Origin: an uncultured Verrucomicrobiae bacterium
GTDB taxonomy: Bacteria; Verrucomicrobiota; Verrucomicrobiia; Opitutales; JABDGR01
Length of the DNA stretch: 64,000 nucleotides
NCBI GenBank assembly: GCA_963765205.1
Contig: CAVXVB010000002.1
Location: 64,001-128,000, forward strand
Direction of reading: 5' to 3'
How positions within the stretch are numbered: the stretch's first letter is position 1; every line of letters begins with the position of its first letter. This document shows positions 1-9,731 of the stretch, piece after piece. The position numbers and the translations under genes were made by a program. A model generated the notes under the pieces. That model made no database searches and was not told the DNA's origin. It was given only the letters and a program-made list of their open reading frames with translations.

Positions 1-451
1 GGCCGCCGAGCTGAACGCGCTGGCTTCCTCGACCACGGTGGATTTCTACCGCCATCTCTGGCGGCGCGACGCGACGCAGGCGCACTATGTTTTCGCCTCG
101 AAATGTTTCACGGCCTTCTGGGGGTTATTCGCCATCATCGCGGCCATCTATGCCAACCTGGTCGAGAACATCGTGCAGGCGGCGAACATCATTGGCTCGC
201 TGTTTTACGGCCCGGTGCTGGGTTTGTTTTTAATGGCGTTTTTCATCCCGCGCGTGCGCGGCACGGCGGCGTTTTGGGGCGCGCTCGCGGCCCAGGCGCT
301 GGTGCTGGTGCTCTACCATTACGACGTGCTCGGTATTTCCTACCTCTGGTTTAATGTGCTCGGCCCGGCGCTGTGCGTGCTGTTCAGCCTCGTCATCCAG
401 GCCGCCATCGGTTTTGCTCCTCCGACCCCCGCCGCGCCGGCCGCCCCATGA
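1..451 (+). CDS. Sodium:solute symporter family protein, C-terminal part (5' end outside window)
   Basis: Frame reads AAELNALASSTTVDFY...GSLFYGPVLGLFL, multiple TM segments typical of SSS transporters; stop overlaps next start (ATGA 448-451). Confidence 0.85.
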   Translation, partial: AAELNALASSTTVDFYRHLWRRDATQAHYVFASKCFTAFWGLFAIIAAIYANLVENIVQAANIIGSLFYGPVLGLFLMAFFIPRVRGTAAFWGALAAQALVLVLYHYDVLGISYLWFNVLGPALCVLFSLVIQAAIGFAPPTPAAPAAP

Positions 452-1215
452 CGACGCCCCGCATCTGTTTCGGCCAGCAACCCTGCGGATTTTTCCCGAA
501 GCGGTTTCTGTTCGCCAAAATCGCCACGGCCCGCCGGCTCCAGGCCGAACTCGGCGGCGAAATTGTCTTCTTCTACCACGACAGCGACCACGACCCGCGC
601 GAAACAACGACTATTTTGCATTACCTCCGCACCGGCGAGGCGGCGCGCCTTAACTTCGCCTTCGCCAATAAAATCCAGCGCAAGTGGTCACCCCTCTACC
701 TCAAGCGGGTTTTGCCCGACTGGCACGCGAACACGACCCGACAATTACCGGCTTTTGTCGACCAGCGCTGGGTCGCGGCGTTCAAAAACATCGCACTGAC
801 GAACGTCGCCGACTTTTGCCTTGAGATGTATCGCGCAATGGGCCTACTCGACCATATCCGCGTCGTGCGCTCGAGCGACCCGGCCGTGCGCCGCGCGGCG
901 TGCGAGGTGGCGGATTATTTTGTGGACGTGCCTTTTCAGGGCGAAATCGCGCGGGCGCGGGTGGTCGCGGGCGCGCTGCAATTGCACCAGGGCGGGAGTT
1001 GCCATTTGACGCTGCCGCTGGTTGACTTGACGAAGGAGCAGGTCAGCCCCGCGCGCGACACGCGCCTGCGCTGGATGCAGTCCGTCGTGCGCTGCACGTA
1101 CTACGTGGCCGGCCTCGGCGAACAAGCCTACCTGAACCGCGCCGACGCCCCCGACGTCACCTTTATCAACCGCGACGAAATCGAACGATCCGATGAAGCC
1201 TACACCGACACCTAA
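448..1215 (+). CDS. bshC: Short BshC-like protein (putative bacillithiol cysteine-adding enzyme, Rossmann domain only), 255 aa
   Basis: Motifs GQQ, FF..DSDHD and YYVAGLGEQAY match BshC TGQQ / EDHD / YVxGPGExAY; lies beside bshB1 and bshA. Confidence 0.65.
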   Translation: MTTPRICFGQQPCGFFPKRFLFAKIATARRLQAELGGEIVFFYHDSDHDPRETTTILHYLRTGEAARLNFAFANKIQRKWSPLYLKRVLPDWHANTTRQLPAFVDQRWVAAFKNIALTNVADFCLEMYRAMGLLDHIRVVRSSDPAVRRAACEVADYFVDVPFQGEIARARVVAGALQLHQGGSCHLTLPLVDLTKEQVSPARDTRLRWMQSVVRCTYYVAGLGEQAYLNRADAPDVTFINRDEIERSDEAYTDT

Positions 1216-1897
1216 TAACGCGACTCTCCTGGCCTTTGGCGCGCACCCCGATGATATTGAATTCGGCTGCGGCGGCGTCATCGCGCGCGAGACCCGCGCG
1301 GGTTGCGCCGCGCACTTCGTCGTCTGCTCGCGCGGCGAGGCCGGCACCAACGGCACGCCGCGCCAGCGCGTGGCCGAGGCCAAAAGCGCGGCCGGCATCC
1401 TCGGCGCAACCCTCGAATTTCTCGAGCTGGACGGCGACGCGCACCTCGAAGTGCGCGCCGCGCACGCGCTGAAACTGGCGCGCATCCTCCGCCGCGTGCG
1501 GCCCGCCGTGGTGCTTGCGCCGACGGTCGATCCCAACCAGCATCCCGACCACTGGCGGCTGGGCCAGCTCGTGCGCGACGCCGCGCGCCTCGCGCGTTAC
1601 GGCGGCTTAAAGGAATTGCGCCCGCTCGCCCCGCACACGATTGGCCGGCTTTTCTTCTACGCCGTCACCCCCGACGCCGAGCCGCCCGGCGCGCTGCCGA
1701 TGCTGGTGGACATCTCCCCGCCCGCAATCATGCAAGCCTGGACCGCCGCGATGAAAGCCCACGCCTCGCAAATGAAAACCCGCAACTACGTCGAGTTCCA
1801 ACTCGCCCGCGCTAGAGTGCATGGCATGAGGGCCGGGCTGAAATTCGCGCAGGCGCTGTTTCCGAACGACCCACTCGTTTTGGATTCTATTATCTGA
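1193..1897 (+). CDS. bshB1: PIG-L family deacetylase, BshB1-like
   Basis: LAFGAHPDDIEFGCGG, SRGEAGTNGT, HPDH motifs; cluster context. Confidence 0.85.
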   Translation: MKPTPTPNNATLLAFGAHPDDIEFGCGGVIARETRAGCAAHFVVCSRGEAGTNGTPRQRVAEAKSAAGILGATLEFLELDGDAHLEVRAAHALKLARILRRVRPAVVLAPTVDPNQHPDHWRLGQLVRDAARLARYGGLKELRPLAPHTIGRLFFYAVTPDAEPPGALPMLVDISPPAIMQAWTAAMKAHASQMKTRNYVEFQLARARVHGMRAGLKFAQALFPNDPLVLDSII

Positions 1898-1922
1898 TTT
1901 TGAACTTTAATGCATTTTTCTT

Positions 1923-2603
1923 GTGTCGATCACTACCAAAATTAACGCTTTTCAAAAGCGGGGTCAAAGCGATCAGCATCATCGCTATTACTCCTGGGTA
2001 TATTGCTATCGCTATTTTCAAAGTTCTTGGAACGATGGAGGTTTCACATCCAAAGACGAAGCTGCATTGCAGCTTGGTTTTTATCTGGCGAGTTGGGGTA
2101 TGTATAGGGGATCAGGCTTCCTTTTAAAAAAAGCGTATACCATCCACATTGATACTGTTCAGTTGTTATTAGAAAAACGATGGCGCCCCCTTTGGTGCAC
2201 TGAATTTGGGGTCCGTTTTAACGATCAGGAATTGATAGACCTTGCCTTGAAGCTTTTTAAAAGCATTCATCAGTGCTATCGTTCTAATGATTCTAGTATT
2301 CCAACAAACCAACCTAGTGACACGCTAATCACAAAAATTCTTTTAGGGACGGTTGGCTGCTTGCCGGCTTGTGATCGTTGCTTTGTCGCGGCTTTTAAGC
2401 ATGAAAAAAACCCATTTTCTTCTGTGAACGAAAAATTTATTTACCGACTTATTGAATTCTGCGGGGAAAATGTAAGAGAGCTGAACGCCATCCAGCGTTC
2501 TATAGAGCAAAAGGACGGGTTTCGTTTCCCTATTATGAAGCTAGTAGATATGTATTTTTACCAAGTAGGTCGCGACTTGGATTCAAATTCGGAAAAAGAC
2601 TAA
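1923..2603 (+). CDS. AT-rich hypothetical protein inserted in bsh operon
   Basis: 226-aa ORF (GTG start), much lower GC than flanks; motifs YLASWGMYRGS and TKILLGTVGCLPACD. Confidence 0.75.
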   Translation: MSITTKINAFQKRGQSDQHHRYYSWVYCYRYFQSSWNDGGFTSKDEAALQLGFYLASWGMYRGSGFLLKKAYTIHIDTVQLLLEKRWRPLWCTEFGVRFNDQELIDLALKLFKSIHQCYRSNDSSIPTNQPSDTLITKILLGTVGCLPACDRCFVAAFKHEKNPFSSVNEKFIYRLIEFCGENVRELNAIQRSIEQKDGFRFPIMKLVDMYFYQVGRDLDSNSEKD

Positions 2604-3742
2604 TGACTACCTCTCGTCCCCTCAAAATCGGCATCACCTGCTACCCGTCGGTGGGGGGGAGCGGGGTGTTGGCGTCGGCGCTGGGTGAGGAGCTGGCGGG
2701 GCGGGGGCATGAGGTGCATTTCATCAGCTACGAGCGCCCGTTCCGCATCCCGCACGATTTGCCGCGGCTACAATTCCATCCGGTGGTCATCAACGACTAC
2801 GGGCTGTTCAAATACCCGGACTACACGCTGCCGCTGTCGGTGAAAATGGCCGAGGTCAGCCGCGACTACGGGCTGGACGTCCTGCACGTCCATTACGCGG
2901 TGCCGCACGCGACGGCCGCCATCCTCGCGCGCGACATGCTGCCGCCGGAGCGGCGCCCGCGCGTCGTCACCACCCTGCACGGCACGGACACGACGCTGCT
3001 CGGGCGCGACGCGGGTTACGGCCCGGCCATCCGTCACGCGCTCGAGCGCTCGGACGCGGTCACGACCGTCTCTGCGTTTTTGGAAAGGGAGACGCGGCGC
3101 CTGCTCGCCGTCGAGCGGCCCATCGAGGTCATCCACAATTTCTTTGCCCCGCGCGCGCCGAAACATTCGCGCGAGGAAGTGCGGCGCGAACTCGGGCTAA
3201 AAGACGAGGCGCTGATTTTGCACGCTTCGAACCTGCGGCCGCTCAAGCGCATTGACCTCCTGCTGGAAACGGCAGCGCGCCTGCGCCCACGCGAGTCGTT
3301 CAAGCTCTTGATTCTGGCCGGCGACGATTTTGGCCCATTCCAAAGCGAGGTGGCGCGGCTGGGCCTAACCGACCGGGTCATTGTCCGCGAGCGCGTCACC
3401 GAGATGGAAGACTACCTGCAAGCCGCCGACGTGGGGCTGTTCACCTCGGAGACGGAAAGTTTTTGCCTGGGCATTCTGGAAGCGATGTTTTTCGGCTGCC
3501 CCAGCGTGGCCACGGCCGTCGGCGGCATTCCCGAGGTAACGATTTCGGGCGAGACGGGCCTGCTCATCCCCTTTGGCGACGCCGACGCGTTGGCTCGCGC
3601 GGTCGAATCGCTCCTGCACAATCCCGCCCGGCGCGCCGCGTTCGGCCAAGCGGCCCAAGCCCGCGCGCGCGAAAAGTTTACCGCCGCGACGATTGTCCCA
3701 CTCTACGAGGATTTATACCGGCGGGTTTGTGCGGTGAAATAG
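2603..3742 (+). CDS. bshA: N-acetyl-alpha-D-glucosaminyl L-malate synthase (GT4)
   Basis: KIGITCYPSVGGSG, LHVHYAVPHA, TTLHGTDTT, ESFCLGILEAM are BshA signatures. Confidence 0.92.
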   Translation: MTTSRPLKIGITCYPSVGGSGVLASALGEELAGRGHEVHFISYERPFRIPHDLPRLQFHPVVINDYGLFKYPDYTLPLSVKMAEVSRDYGLDVLHVHYAVPHATAAILARDMLPPERRPRVVTTLHGTDTTLLGRDAGYGPAIRHALERSDAVTTVSAFLERETRRLLAVERPIEVIHNFFAPRAPKHSREEVRRELGLKDEALILHASNLRPLKRIDLLLETAARLRPRESFKLLILAGDDFGPFQSEVARLGLTDRVIVRERVTEMEDYLQAADVGLFTSETESFCLGILEAMFFGCPSVATAVGGIPEVTISGETGLLIPFGDADALARAVESLLHNPARRAAFGQAAQARAREKFTAATIVPLYEDLYRRVCAVK

Positions 3743-3893
3743 GGCGCGCTTGGTTATCATTTACCGCACGCCGTTCAACCCTGAACGGCATGCACAACCA
3801 CCCTTTCAGCAACCGCCCCGCTACGCAGGGTTGCTGCTGTGTCGCGTCATCCGGTCAACTGAACCCGGCGTTGAAGCCAGGGGGTGCGTCCCG

Positions 3894-4070
3894 TTATCGG
3901 GATTCGGAGAGCGCCGCCATGGTCTTGGCGATGAAGTTCGAGCGATTCCGGTTCTCGGCATCGGCCATTTTATCAATGCGGGCGACGAGATCGGAAGGCA
4001 TCGAAAGGGAAATCTGGGTCATCCCTTTGGCGCGTGCTGCTCTACGTGTTTTTTTTGTTTTATTTGCCAT
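3894..4070 (-). CDS. Small ribbon-helix-helix (CopG/Arc-like) DNA-binding protein
   Basis: TQISLSMPSDLVARIDKMADAENRNRSNFI is a typical RHH pattern; start could also be 4082. Confidence 0.7.
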   Translation of the reverse strand: MANKTKKTRRAARAKGMTQISLSMPSDLVARIDKMADAENRNRSNFIAKTMAALSESR

Positions 4071-4198
4071 AGTGTGTGTCATGGTAAGGTTTGCCCCGGC
4101 GAACACAAACATTAATTACTCGCTGGATTAAATGCAAAAGCCCGGTTTGGTTTCGCGACCCTGGCCCGCAAGGTTGTGGCACCAATAGGAGCGCGGAC

Positions 4199-6625
4199 TT
4201 ACCGCAAAGCACGGTGTGGACGGAAAAACGAGCTGACGAGGGCCAGCGAGAGCAGGGAACTCGACGGCATTAAAATCGCCGCGAGGAGGGGATTCATTTT
4301 GCCCGCCAGGCAAAAGCCGCCCACCACGAGGTTGTAAGTGATGGCAAAGGCAATGGCGGCGCGCGCGGCGCGGCGGCGCACCCGGCCCACCGCCAGCAGT
4401 TGCCGCACGCCATCGAGGCTTTGACCGGTGAGAAAAAAGTCCGCAACTTGGCTGAGCACCACACGGTCGGCCACCGGGGTGCCGCGCACCGCGGCGCAGC
4501 GGAACGCGAGCGCATCGTTTGCGCCGTCGCCAAGCATGAGCACGCGCTCCGGCTGGTGCGCGGTGACCCACGCGGCCTTGTCGTCGGGCATCAGGGCACC
4601 ATGGGCGTGGTCGGGCGGCAGCCCCAGTTTCGCTGCGAGTGCGAGGACGTTTTCGGTGCGGTCGCCGCTGAGGATATGGATGTCGTAACCCTCGCCCATG
4701 AGCGCGGCGACTTCGGCGGCGACACCAGGGCGGACGGATTCGGCAAAGCCAAAACCCGCGAGCAAACGACCCTGGTGGCGAAACTCGACGCGGGGCGTGG
4801 CGCGGTCAGGTTCCGTGGATTGTGGGGTAGCCGGCCCATCGCAGCCTGGAATCCAGTCCGGTCGTCCCAGCGACCAATTTTCCGAGCCAATTTCCGCCAC
4901 CAGGCCGAGGCCCGGCGTTTCACGCACGATCAGATTGGTCAAACCGGGCTCCAGGGCATCCGGGTAGCGCAGCAGCGCTTCGCGCAAGCCGCGGCTGAAG
5001 GGATGCAGGCTATTTTCGACGAGTTGGAAAAGAATGCGCCGCTCACCGGACGTGAGTGCTGTGAGGGCCTCCGTGTTTTGCAATACAGGATGTTCGAGCG
5101 TCAGCGTGCCGGTTTTGTCAAAGACGATGGTGCGCACGCGCGCGAGGCGCAACCACAGATGTGTCTCGCGCACAAACACACCCACGCCACGGAGGCGGGC
5201 CACGGCAAATTCGTGCGCCATCGGCAACGCCAGACCGAGCACGCACGGGCAGGACACCACCAGCAAGGAAAGCGTCACCCGTGCGGCCGTAATGGGTTGG
5301 TCCGCCGCCAGCCAGACGAGGCCGCCCGCCAACGCGAGCACCAGCACGGTGGCGAGGTAAACTTTGAGCGCGCGTTCGAGGCCGGTGGCACGCGGACGGC
5401 CATCGGCGCAGGCCTTCAGCAGACGCGCGAGCAACGAATCATCCCAGCGCTCCTGGGCTTGGAAGGTCAAATCCGCCTGCCCGGCGTTGAGGGCGCCGGC
5501 GGGCGCGAGGCGGCCGGCGGGCAGGCGGCGCGGTTCGGGTTCGCCCGTTATCCACGCCAGGCCGAGGGTTGCTTCGTGGTTAAGCACGCGCGCCGCCACG
5601 GGCAAAAGCTGGCCGGGGCCGATCAAAAAACAGTCCCCGGCAACCAGCGACTCCAGCGCGATAGAGCCGCCCGCCACCCCGGCCCGGCGCACTGAGGAAG
5701 GCACGGGATTGAGGCGGAGCAATTGATGGCGATTGCGCTCGATGGCGGTTTCCTGGGTCCAGCGGCCCACGAGCATAAAAAACATAAACAGGGAAACGAA
5801 ATCGAAATAGGCCAGTTCGGGATGCCCAAACATCCAGCCGGCGAGCGAGCCAAGATACGCGCCCGTCACGCCGAGTGCAATGGGTAGGTCGAGGTCGAGC
5901 ACGCCGATGCGCAAGCCGCGCCACGCCCGCGCCATGAAATAACCACCACCGACGATGAGGCTCAACGTCGCACACACCGCGGTGATGGCGGCAAACAGGC
6001 CGGTCCATTCACTTTCGCGCGCGAGGCCGATATAGCCCGGCAGCGTGAAGAGCATGTTGTTGAGGGCGAGGGCCGCACAAATGCCGAGCCGGCCGGCCAG
6101 CGCGCGGCTGCCAGGTGGCATGGGGCCGTCGAGGGGGCCGAGTTGGTAGCCGAAGCGGTGGAGTTCGCCCGCGATGGCCGACAAGTCCGCCACCTGCGAC
6201 TCCCAGGTCAGGCGCGCGCGACCGCGCGGGGCGTCCACCTCGATGCGCACGGCGCCGGGCTGGCGGGAAAAAACTTGATCCACCAGCCAGACACAAGCTA
6301 CGCAGGCGAGGCCCTGAATTTGGACGGACAATTCGGCCACCCCCCTGACCGCGCGCGTTTCCGCGTCGGCCTGGCGCGAACGCAACCAGGAGAAATCCAC
6401 CGGTTGCAAAATCGAAGGCGCCACCGGCGGAATTATCGTGGACTTTAAATCATAATAGCGACCCCAGCCGGCCTGGTAGATAAGGCCATGGACATATTCA
6501 CAGCCGGCGCAGCAAAACTCGGTCTGGCCAGCGGCCAGCGGCGTGCCGCAATGCTGGCAACCGCGGGTTGCTTCCGCGTGAGCTGCCGTCAGTATGGGGC
6601 GCGGGGGATCAAGGGCTAATGACAT
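4199..6625 (-). CDS. ccoI: Heavy-metal (Cu) P1B-type ATPase, CcoI/FixI
   Basis: N-terminal CxHC...FCCAGC, CVAC metal motif, SCPC, DKTGTLT, GDGAND; end of cco operon. Confidence 0.92.
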   Translation of the reverse strand: MSLALDPPRPILTAAHAEATRGCQHCGTPLAAGQTEFCCAGCEYVHGLIYQAGWGRYYDLKSTIIPPVAPSILQPVDFSWLRSRQADAETRAVRGVAELSVQIQGLACVACVWLVDQVFSRQPGAVRIEVDAPRGRARLTWESQVADLSAIAGELHRFGYQLGPLDGPMPPGSRALAGRLGICAALALNNMLFTLPGYIGLARESEWTGLFAAITAVCATLSLIVGGGYFMARAWRGLRIGVLDLDLPIALGVTGAYLGSLAGWMFGHPELAYFDFVSLFMFFMLVGRWTQETAIERNRHQLLRLNPVPSSVRRAGVAGGSIALESLVAGDCFLIGPGQLLPVAARVLNHEATLGLAWITGEPEPRRLPAGRLAPAGALNAGQADLTFQAQERWDDSLLARLLKACADGRPRATGLERALKVYLATVLVLALAGGLVWLAADQPITAARVTLSLLVVSCPCVLGLALPMAHEFAVARLRGVGVFVRETHLWLRLARVRTIVFDKTGTLTLEHPVLQNTEALTALTSGERRILFQLVENSLHPFSRGLREALLRYPDALEPGLTNLIVRETPGLGLVAEIGSENWSLGRPDWIPGCDGPATPQSTEPDRATPRVEFRHQGRLLAGFGFAESVRPGVAAEVAALMGEGYDIHILSGDRTENVLALAAKLGLPPDHAHGALMPDDKAAWVTAHQPERVLMLGDGANDALAFRCAAVRGTPVADRVVLSQVADFFLTGQSLDGVRQLLAVGRVRRRAARAAIAFAITYNLVVGGFCLAGKMNPLLAAILMPSSSLLSLALVSSFFRPHRALR

Positions 6626-7302
6626 ATTGCCTCCAGCCAATGGGTGCCACCGGATGAGGCGCGCCAGGCGACGATGCCTGCGGCGCCGAGCGCAACCGCG
6701 CTTTGCGTCCAGCGCACGCGTGCGGGGGAAAAGTGGATTTGCCAGCGGGCGAGGCCGGCTTGCACGAGCCAGAGCAGCGGCAAAGTGCCCAGGCCAAAGG
6801 CCAAAGCGAGCGTCGCGCCGTGCACTGCGGAGCCGGCAAACAAGCACACGGTAAATAAAACATACAACGGCCCGCACGGCAGCAGGGGCGTGGCCGCGCC
6901 CAGCAGTGCGCCCAGCAACGGTGCGGGTGTATTCCGCGCCAAGCACATGATCCGACCATGCCAGCGGGAAAGCCACAGCGGCTTCGGCAGCCACCGATCC
7001 AACCGCAGGGCGAAGATGACCAGAAACAAGACGAGCACCCACGGCAACGCCCTGGCCAGCGGCCAGGTAAACGCTTTTTCGGTGACGGTACCGATACCGC
7101 CCGCCAGCGCGCCAATCACCGCATAGGCCGTTAACCGCACACTCTGGTAAACCGACATGGCTGGCAGGGTCGCAGCCGCCGGGCGGCCGGCGGTGAGCAC
7201 TGCGCATCCGAGCGGCCCGCACATTAGCGCGCAATGCGGACTGGTCGCCAGCCCGATTAAAAAGGCCGCCGCAACGCCATCAATGGATGCTGGGGAAAAC
7301 AT
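6616..7302 (-). CDS. Sulfite exporter TauE/SafE / DsbD_2-type membrane protein (cbb3 assembly)
   Basis: HCALMCGP and LLPCGPLY motifs, LAFGLGTLP. Confidence 0.88.
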   Translation of the reverse strand: MFSPASIDGVAAAFLIGLATSPHCALMCGPLGCAVLTAGRPAAATLPAMSVYQSVRLTAYAVIGALAGGIGTVTEKAFTWPLARALPWVLVLFLVIFALRLDRWLPKPLWLSRWHGRIMCLARNTPAPLLGALLGAATPLLPCGPLYVLFTVCLFAGSAVHGATLALAFGLGTLPLLWLVQAGLARWQIHFSPARVRWTQSAVALGAAGIVAWRASSGGTHWLEAICH

Positions 7303-7320
7303 GGAGCAAGCGCGAGTGGC

Positions 7321-7494
7321 TTAGGGCGTGGATCGTGCCACGGAAATATTTTCAGCTTTGACATCCCGCGCTGGATTATTGGCCGCGATGATTAAAAAAA
7401 TCGTCCAGGCTACAAGTAACGCGGCAAAGGCGGCGGCGCACCACAGCCAAGGCCAGCGCACCAACGGATTGCGGGATGGGGCGGCGGGGTTAAT
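7321..7494 (-). CDS. Small single-TM protein in cco operon (CcoH position); start codon reads ATT
   Basis: (M)NPAAPSRNPLVRWPWLWCAAAFAALLVAWTIFLIIAANNP; start uncertain (7494 ATT or 7548 ATG). Confidence 0.55.
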   Translation of the reverse strand: MNPAAPSRNPLVRWPWLWCAAAFAALLVAWTIFLIIAANNPARDVKAENISVARSTP

Positions 7495-8909
7495 GGCGTG
7501 GGTGGGGCAGTGTCCTCGCGCAGGAGCCGTGCATCCGGCCCCAACCATTCAACCCGCAAGGGAAGCGTAAAAGAGGGGTCCGTACCCATGACGCGTACGG
7601 TGACGTTGGCCGGCCCGGCATAGTCGCCGCGGTTTTGTTGCAGGACGATGGGCAGCACCGTTTCATCGCTGGGCGGTAATATGACCGTGTCGTTGGTGCC
7701 GACCAGGTGTAGTCCCGCCGGTGCGTTTTCCAGAGCGAAGTGCAAGGACTGCGGAGCATCGTGCTTGTTGATGAGGCGGAGGTTGAACTGGTTGCGCACG
7801 GTGTCAGGCGTGATGAAATAGGGCCGGCCGGTCATGCGCACAATCGAGGCGTCCACCGGCCGCAGGGTCGAAAAGCTGAACAAGGCCACGGTGGCGCCGA
7901 TCAACAGTAGCATGGTGTAGAGAATCATGCGTGGGCGCAGCACGCGGCGGCGCTTGCCGACCAGCCCGTTGAGCGAATCATAACGCACCAGGCCGCGCGG
8001 GCGGCCCAGCTTTTCCATCACTTGATTGCAGGCGTCAATGCAGCCGGCGCAGCCGATGCACTCGATTTGAAAACCCTGGCGGATGTCAATGCCCGTGGGG
8101 CATACTTGCACGCAGCGCAGGCAATTCGCGCAGGCGCCCGCTGCGGGGTCGGTGGCTTTGCCGCGCGGCTCGCCGCGTTTCGCGTCATAGCCGATGACCA
8201 GCGTGTCGTCATCCGTGAGCGCCGACTGGAAGCGCCCGTAGGGGCACAAAATGAGGCAGAATTGCTCCCGAAACCAGGCGAAGTTGAAATAGAGCAGCCC
8301 GGTGAGCGCCGCCACGAACAGGAACGCGCTCCAATGCTGGGCCGGGTCGTCGCGCATCCACTCGTAGAGTTGCGGGATCGAAACAAAATAGGCCAGAAAG
8401 AGGTGCGCGATGATGGCGGAGAGCAACAGGAAGATCACCACTTTGGCGCCCCGGCGGAAAAATTTGTCCGGGGTGGCCCACGATTGGCTGTCCAACAGGC
8501 GCTGATGGTGCGCAGGGCCTTCGAGCCAGCGTTCGACGCGGCGGTAGAGATGTTCGAGAAAAATCGTTTGCGGACAGGCCCACCCGCACCAGATGCGCCC
8601 GAGCAGCGCCGTGACGTAAAACAACGTGAAGCCCAAGCCGGTGATGAGGAAAAACATCAGCCACAGATCCTGCGGAGCAAACGTCAGCCCGAACAAATGG
8701 AAACGCCGTTGCGCGACATCCAGAAATACCGCCGGGTAGCCGTTGATTTTAATCCAGGGCAACAAGACATACACGCCCATGATCACGACGGCGGCCAGCC
8801 GCCGACTTTGCGTGAACTTGCCATCCACGTCCGCCGGGTGCAGAAAATTGCGCGAGCCATCGCGGTTGATGGTCGTGACGACATCACGGTTGGGCAGGGA
8901 AATGGCCAT
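7410..8909 (-). CDS. ccoG: Cytochrome c oxidase accessory protein CcoG/FixG
   Basis: GRIWCGWACPQT, CPYGRFQS, CxxCxxCVQVCPTGIDIR, CIGCAGCIDAC; C-terminus probably extended by loss of a stop at 7493-7491. Confidence 0.95.
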   Translation of the reverse strand: MAISLPNRDVVTTINRDGSRNFLHPADVDGKFTQSRRLAAVVIMGVYVLLPWIKINGYPAVFLDVAQRRFHLFGLTFAPQDLWLMFFLITGLGFTLFYVTALLGRIWCGWACPQTIFLEHLYRRVERWLEGPAHHQRLLDSQSWATPDKFFRRGAKVVIFLLLSAIIAHLFLAYFVSIPQLYEWMRDDPAQHWSAFLFVAALTGLLYFNFAWFREQFCLILCPYGRFQSALTDDDTLVIGYDAKRGEPRGKATDPAAGACANCLRCVQVCPTGIDIRQGFQIECIGCAGCIDACNQVMEKLGRPRGLVRYDSLNGLVGKRRRVLRPRMILYTMLLLIGATVALFSFSTLRPVDASIVRMTGRPYFITPDTVRNQFNLRLINKHDAPQSLHFALENAPAGLHLVGTNDTVILPPSDETVLPIVLQQNRGDYAGPANVTVRVMGTDPSFTLPLRVEWLGPDARLLREDTAPPTPLTPPPHPAIRWCAGLGCGAPPPLPRYL

Positions 8910-8919
8910 GGTAGCGAGA

Positions 8920-9513
8920 TTACGGTTGCGCGGGCTTGTGCTGGAGCGTGGGCTCCTGGTCGCGCGGGATGAGAATCATGTTGTTCGGGTCCTGCTTGCT
9001 GAGCAGAAACGCGACGACTTGGGTGATTTTTTGCGGGCCGAGTTGGGCACCCCAGGTGGGCATCCCCGTGCCCGGCACGCCTTTGGTCACCACCATGAAA
9101 ATTTCCATCGGCTTGGTGCCATGCACCCACAGGTTGTCGCTGAGCCGGAACCCGATGCCGCCTTGCAAGTTAACGCCGTGGCAGGTGTAGCAGATGCTTT
9201 GGTAAACCTTTTCGCCTTGGGCGACGATGGTTTGGTTGCGGGACATACCCCACAGGGTTTTGTCATCGAGGTTCTTAATAGCAGCGAAACGCCTGGCGTC
9301 CAATGCGTCCATTTGGCTGTCGAGCCGGCGCGTGTCGGCGTCGGCACCCTTGTCCGTGGTGAAAAACAGCCACGCGAACGCCCCAAAGGCGATGGCGCCA
9401 AACAGGGTATAGAGCCACCAATTCGGCAGCCGCTGGTCGAACTCCTGAATGCCGTCGAAAGAATGCTCGCGGAGCACCACTTCGTTATCGGTCGGTTTTT
9501 TGGGAGGGTTCAT
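8920..9513 (-). CDS. ccoP: cbb3-type oxidase subunit III (mono-haem)
   Basis: HSFDGIQEFDQRLPNWW FixP N-terminal motif, one CYTCH, GMPTW. Confidence 0.92.
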   Translation of the reverse strand: MNPPKKPTDNEVVLREHSFDGIQEFDQRLPNWWLYTLFGAIAFGAFAWLFFTTDKGADADTRRLDSQMDALDARRFAAIKNLDDKTLWGMSRNQTIVAQGEKVYQSICYTCHGVNLQGGIGFRLSDNLWVHGTKPMEIFMVVTKGVPGTGMPTWGAQLGPQKITQVVAFLLSKQDPNNMILIPRDQEPTLQHKPAQP

Positions 9514-9526
9514 GATCGGGAAAAAG

Positions 9527-9718
9527 TTAGTGGGGGTCGTTCTTCGGCGACCGGGGCACTTCGTGGTCATCAAGTGGCAGGCGTGCGGCGCGCTCCGCGT
9601 GGCGCGAATCCATCCGCCAGAGGCGCAACGCGGAAAACGCATACACGCCGAACACAATCGCGAAGGCGATGGCCGGAACCCAGGCAAGCCAATCCTCGTA
9701 ATTCAAATGATAGAGCAT
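9527..9718 (-). CDS. ccoQ: cbb3-type oxidase small subunit CcoQ-like
   Basis: 63 aa, one TM, ARLPLDD motif, between ccoNO and ccoP. Confidence 0.75.
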   Translation of the reverse strand: MLYHLNYEDWLAWVPAIAFAIVFGVYAFSALRLWRMDSRHAERAARLPLDDHEVPRSPKNDPH

Positions 9719-9731
9719 GGGTGGTGATGGG

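Noticed and set aside
6626..7234. N-terminal extension of the 1011-aa ATPase ORF
   Set aside because: Overlaps the TauE-type gene; homology-consistent start is ATG 6625
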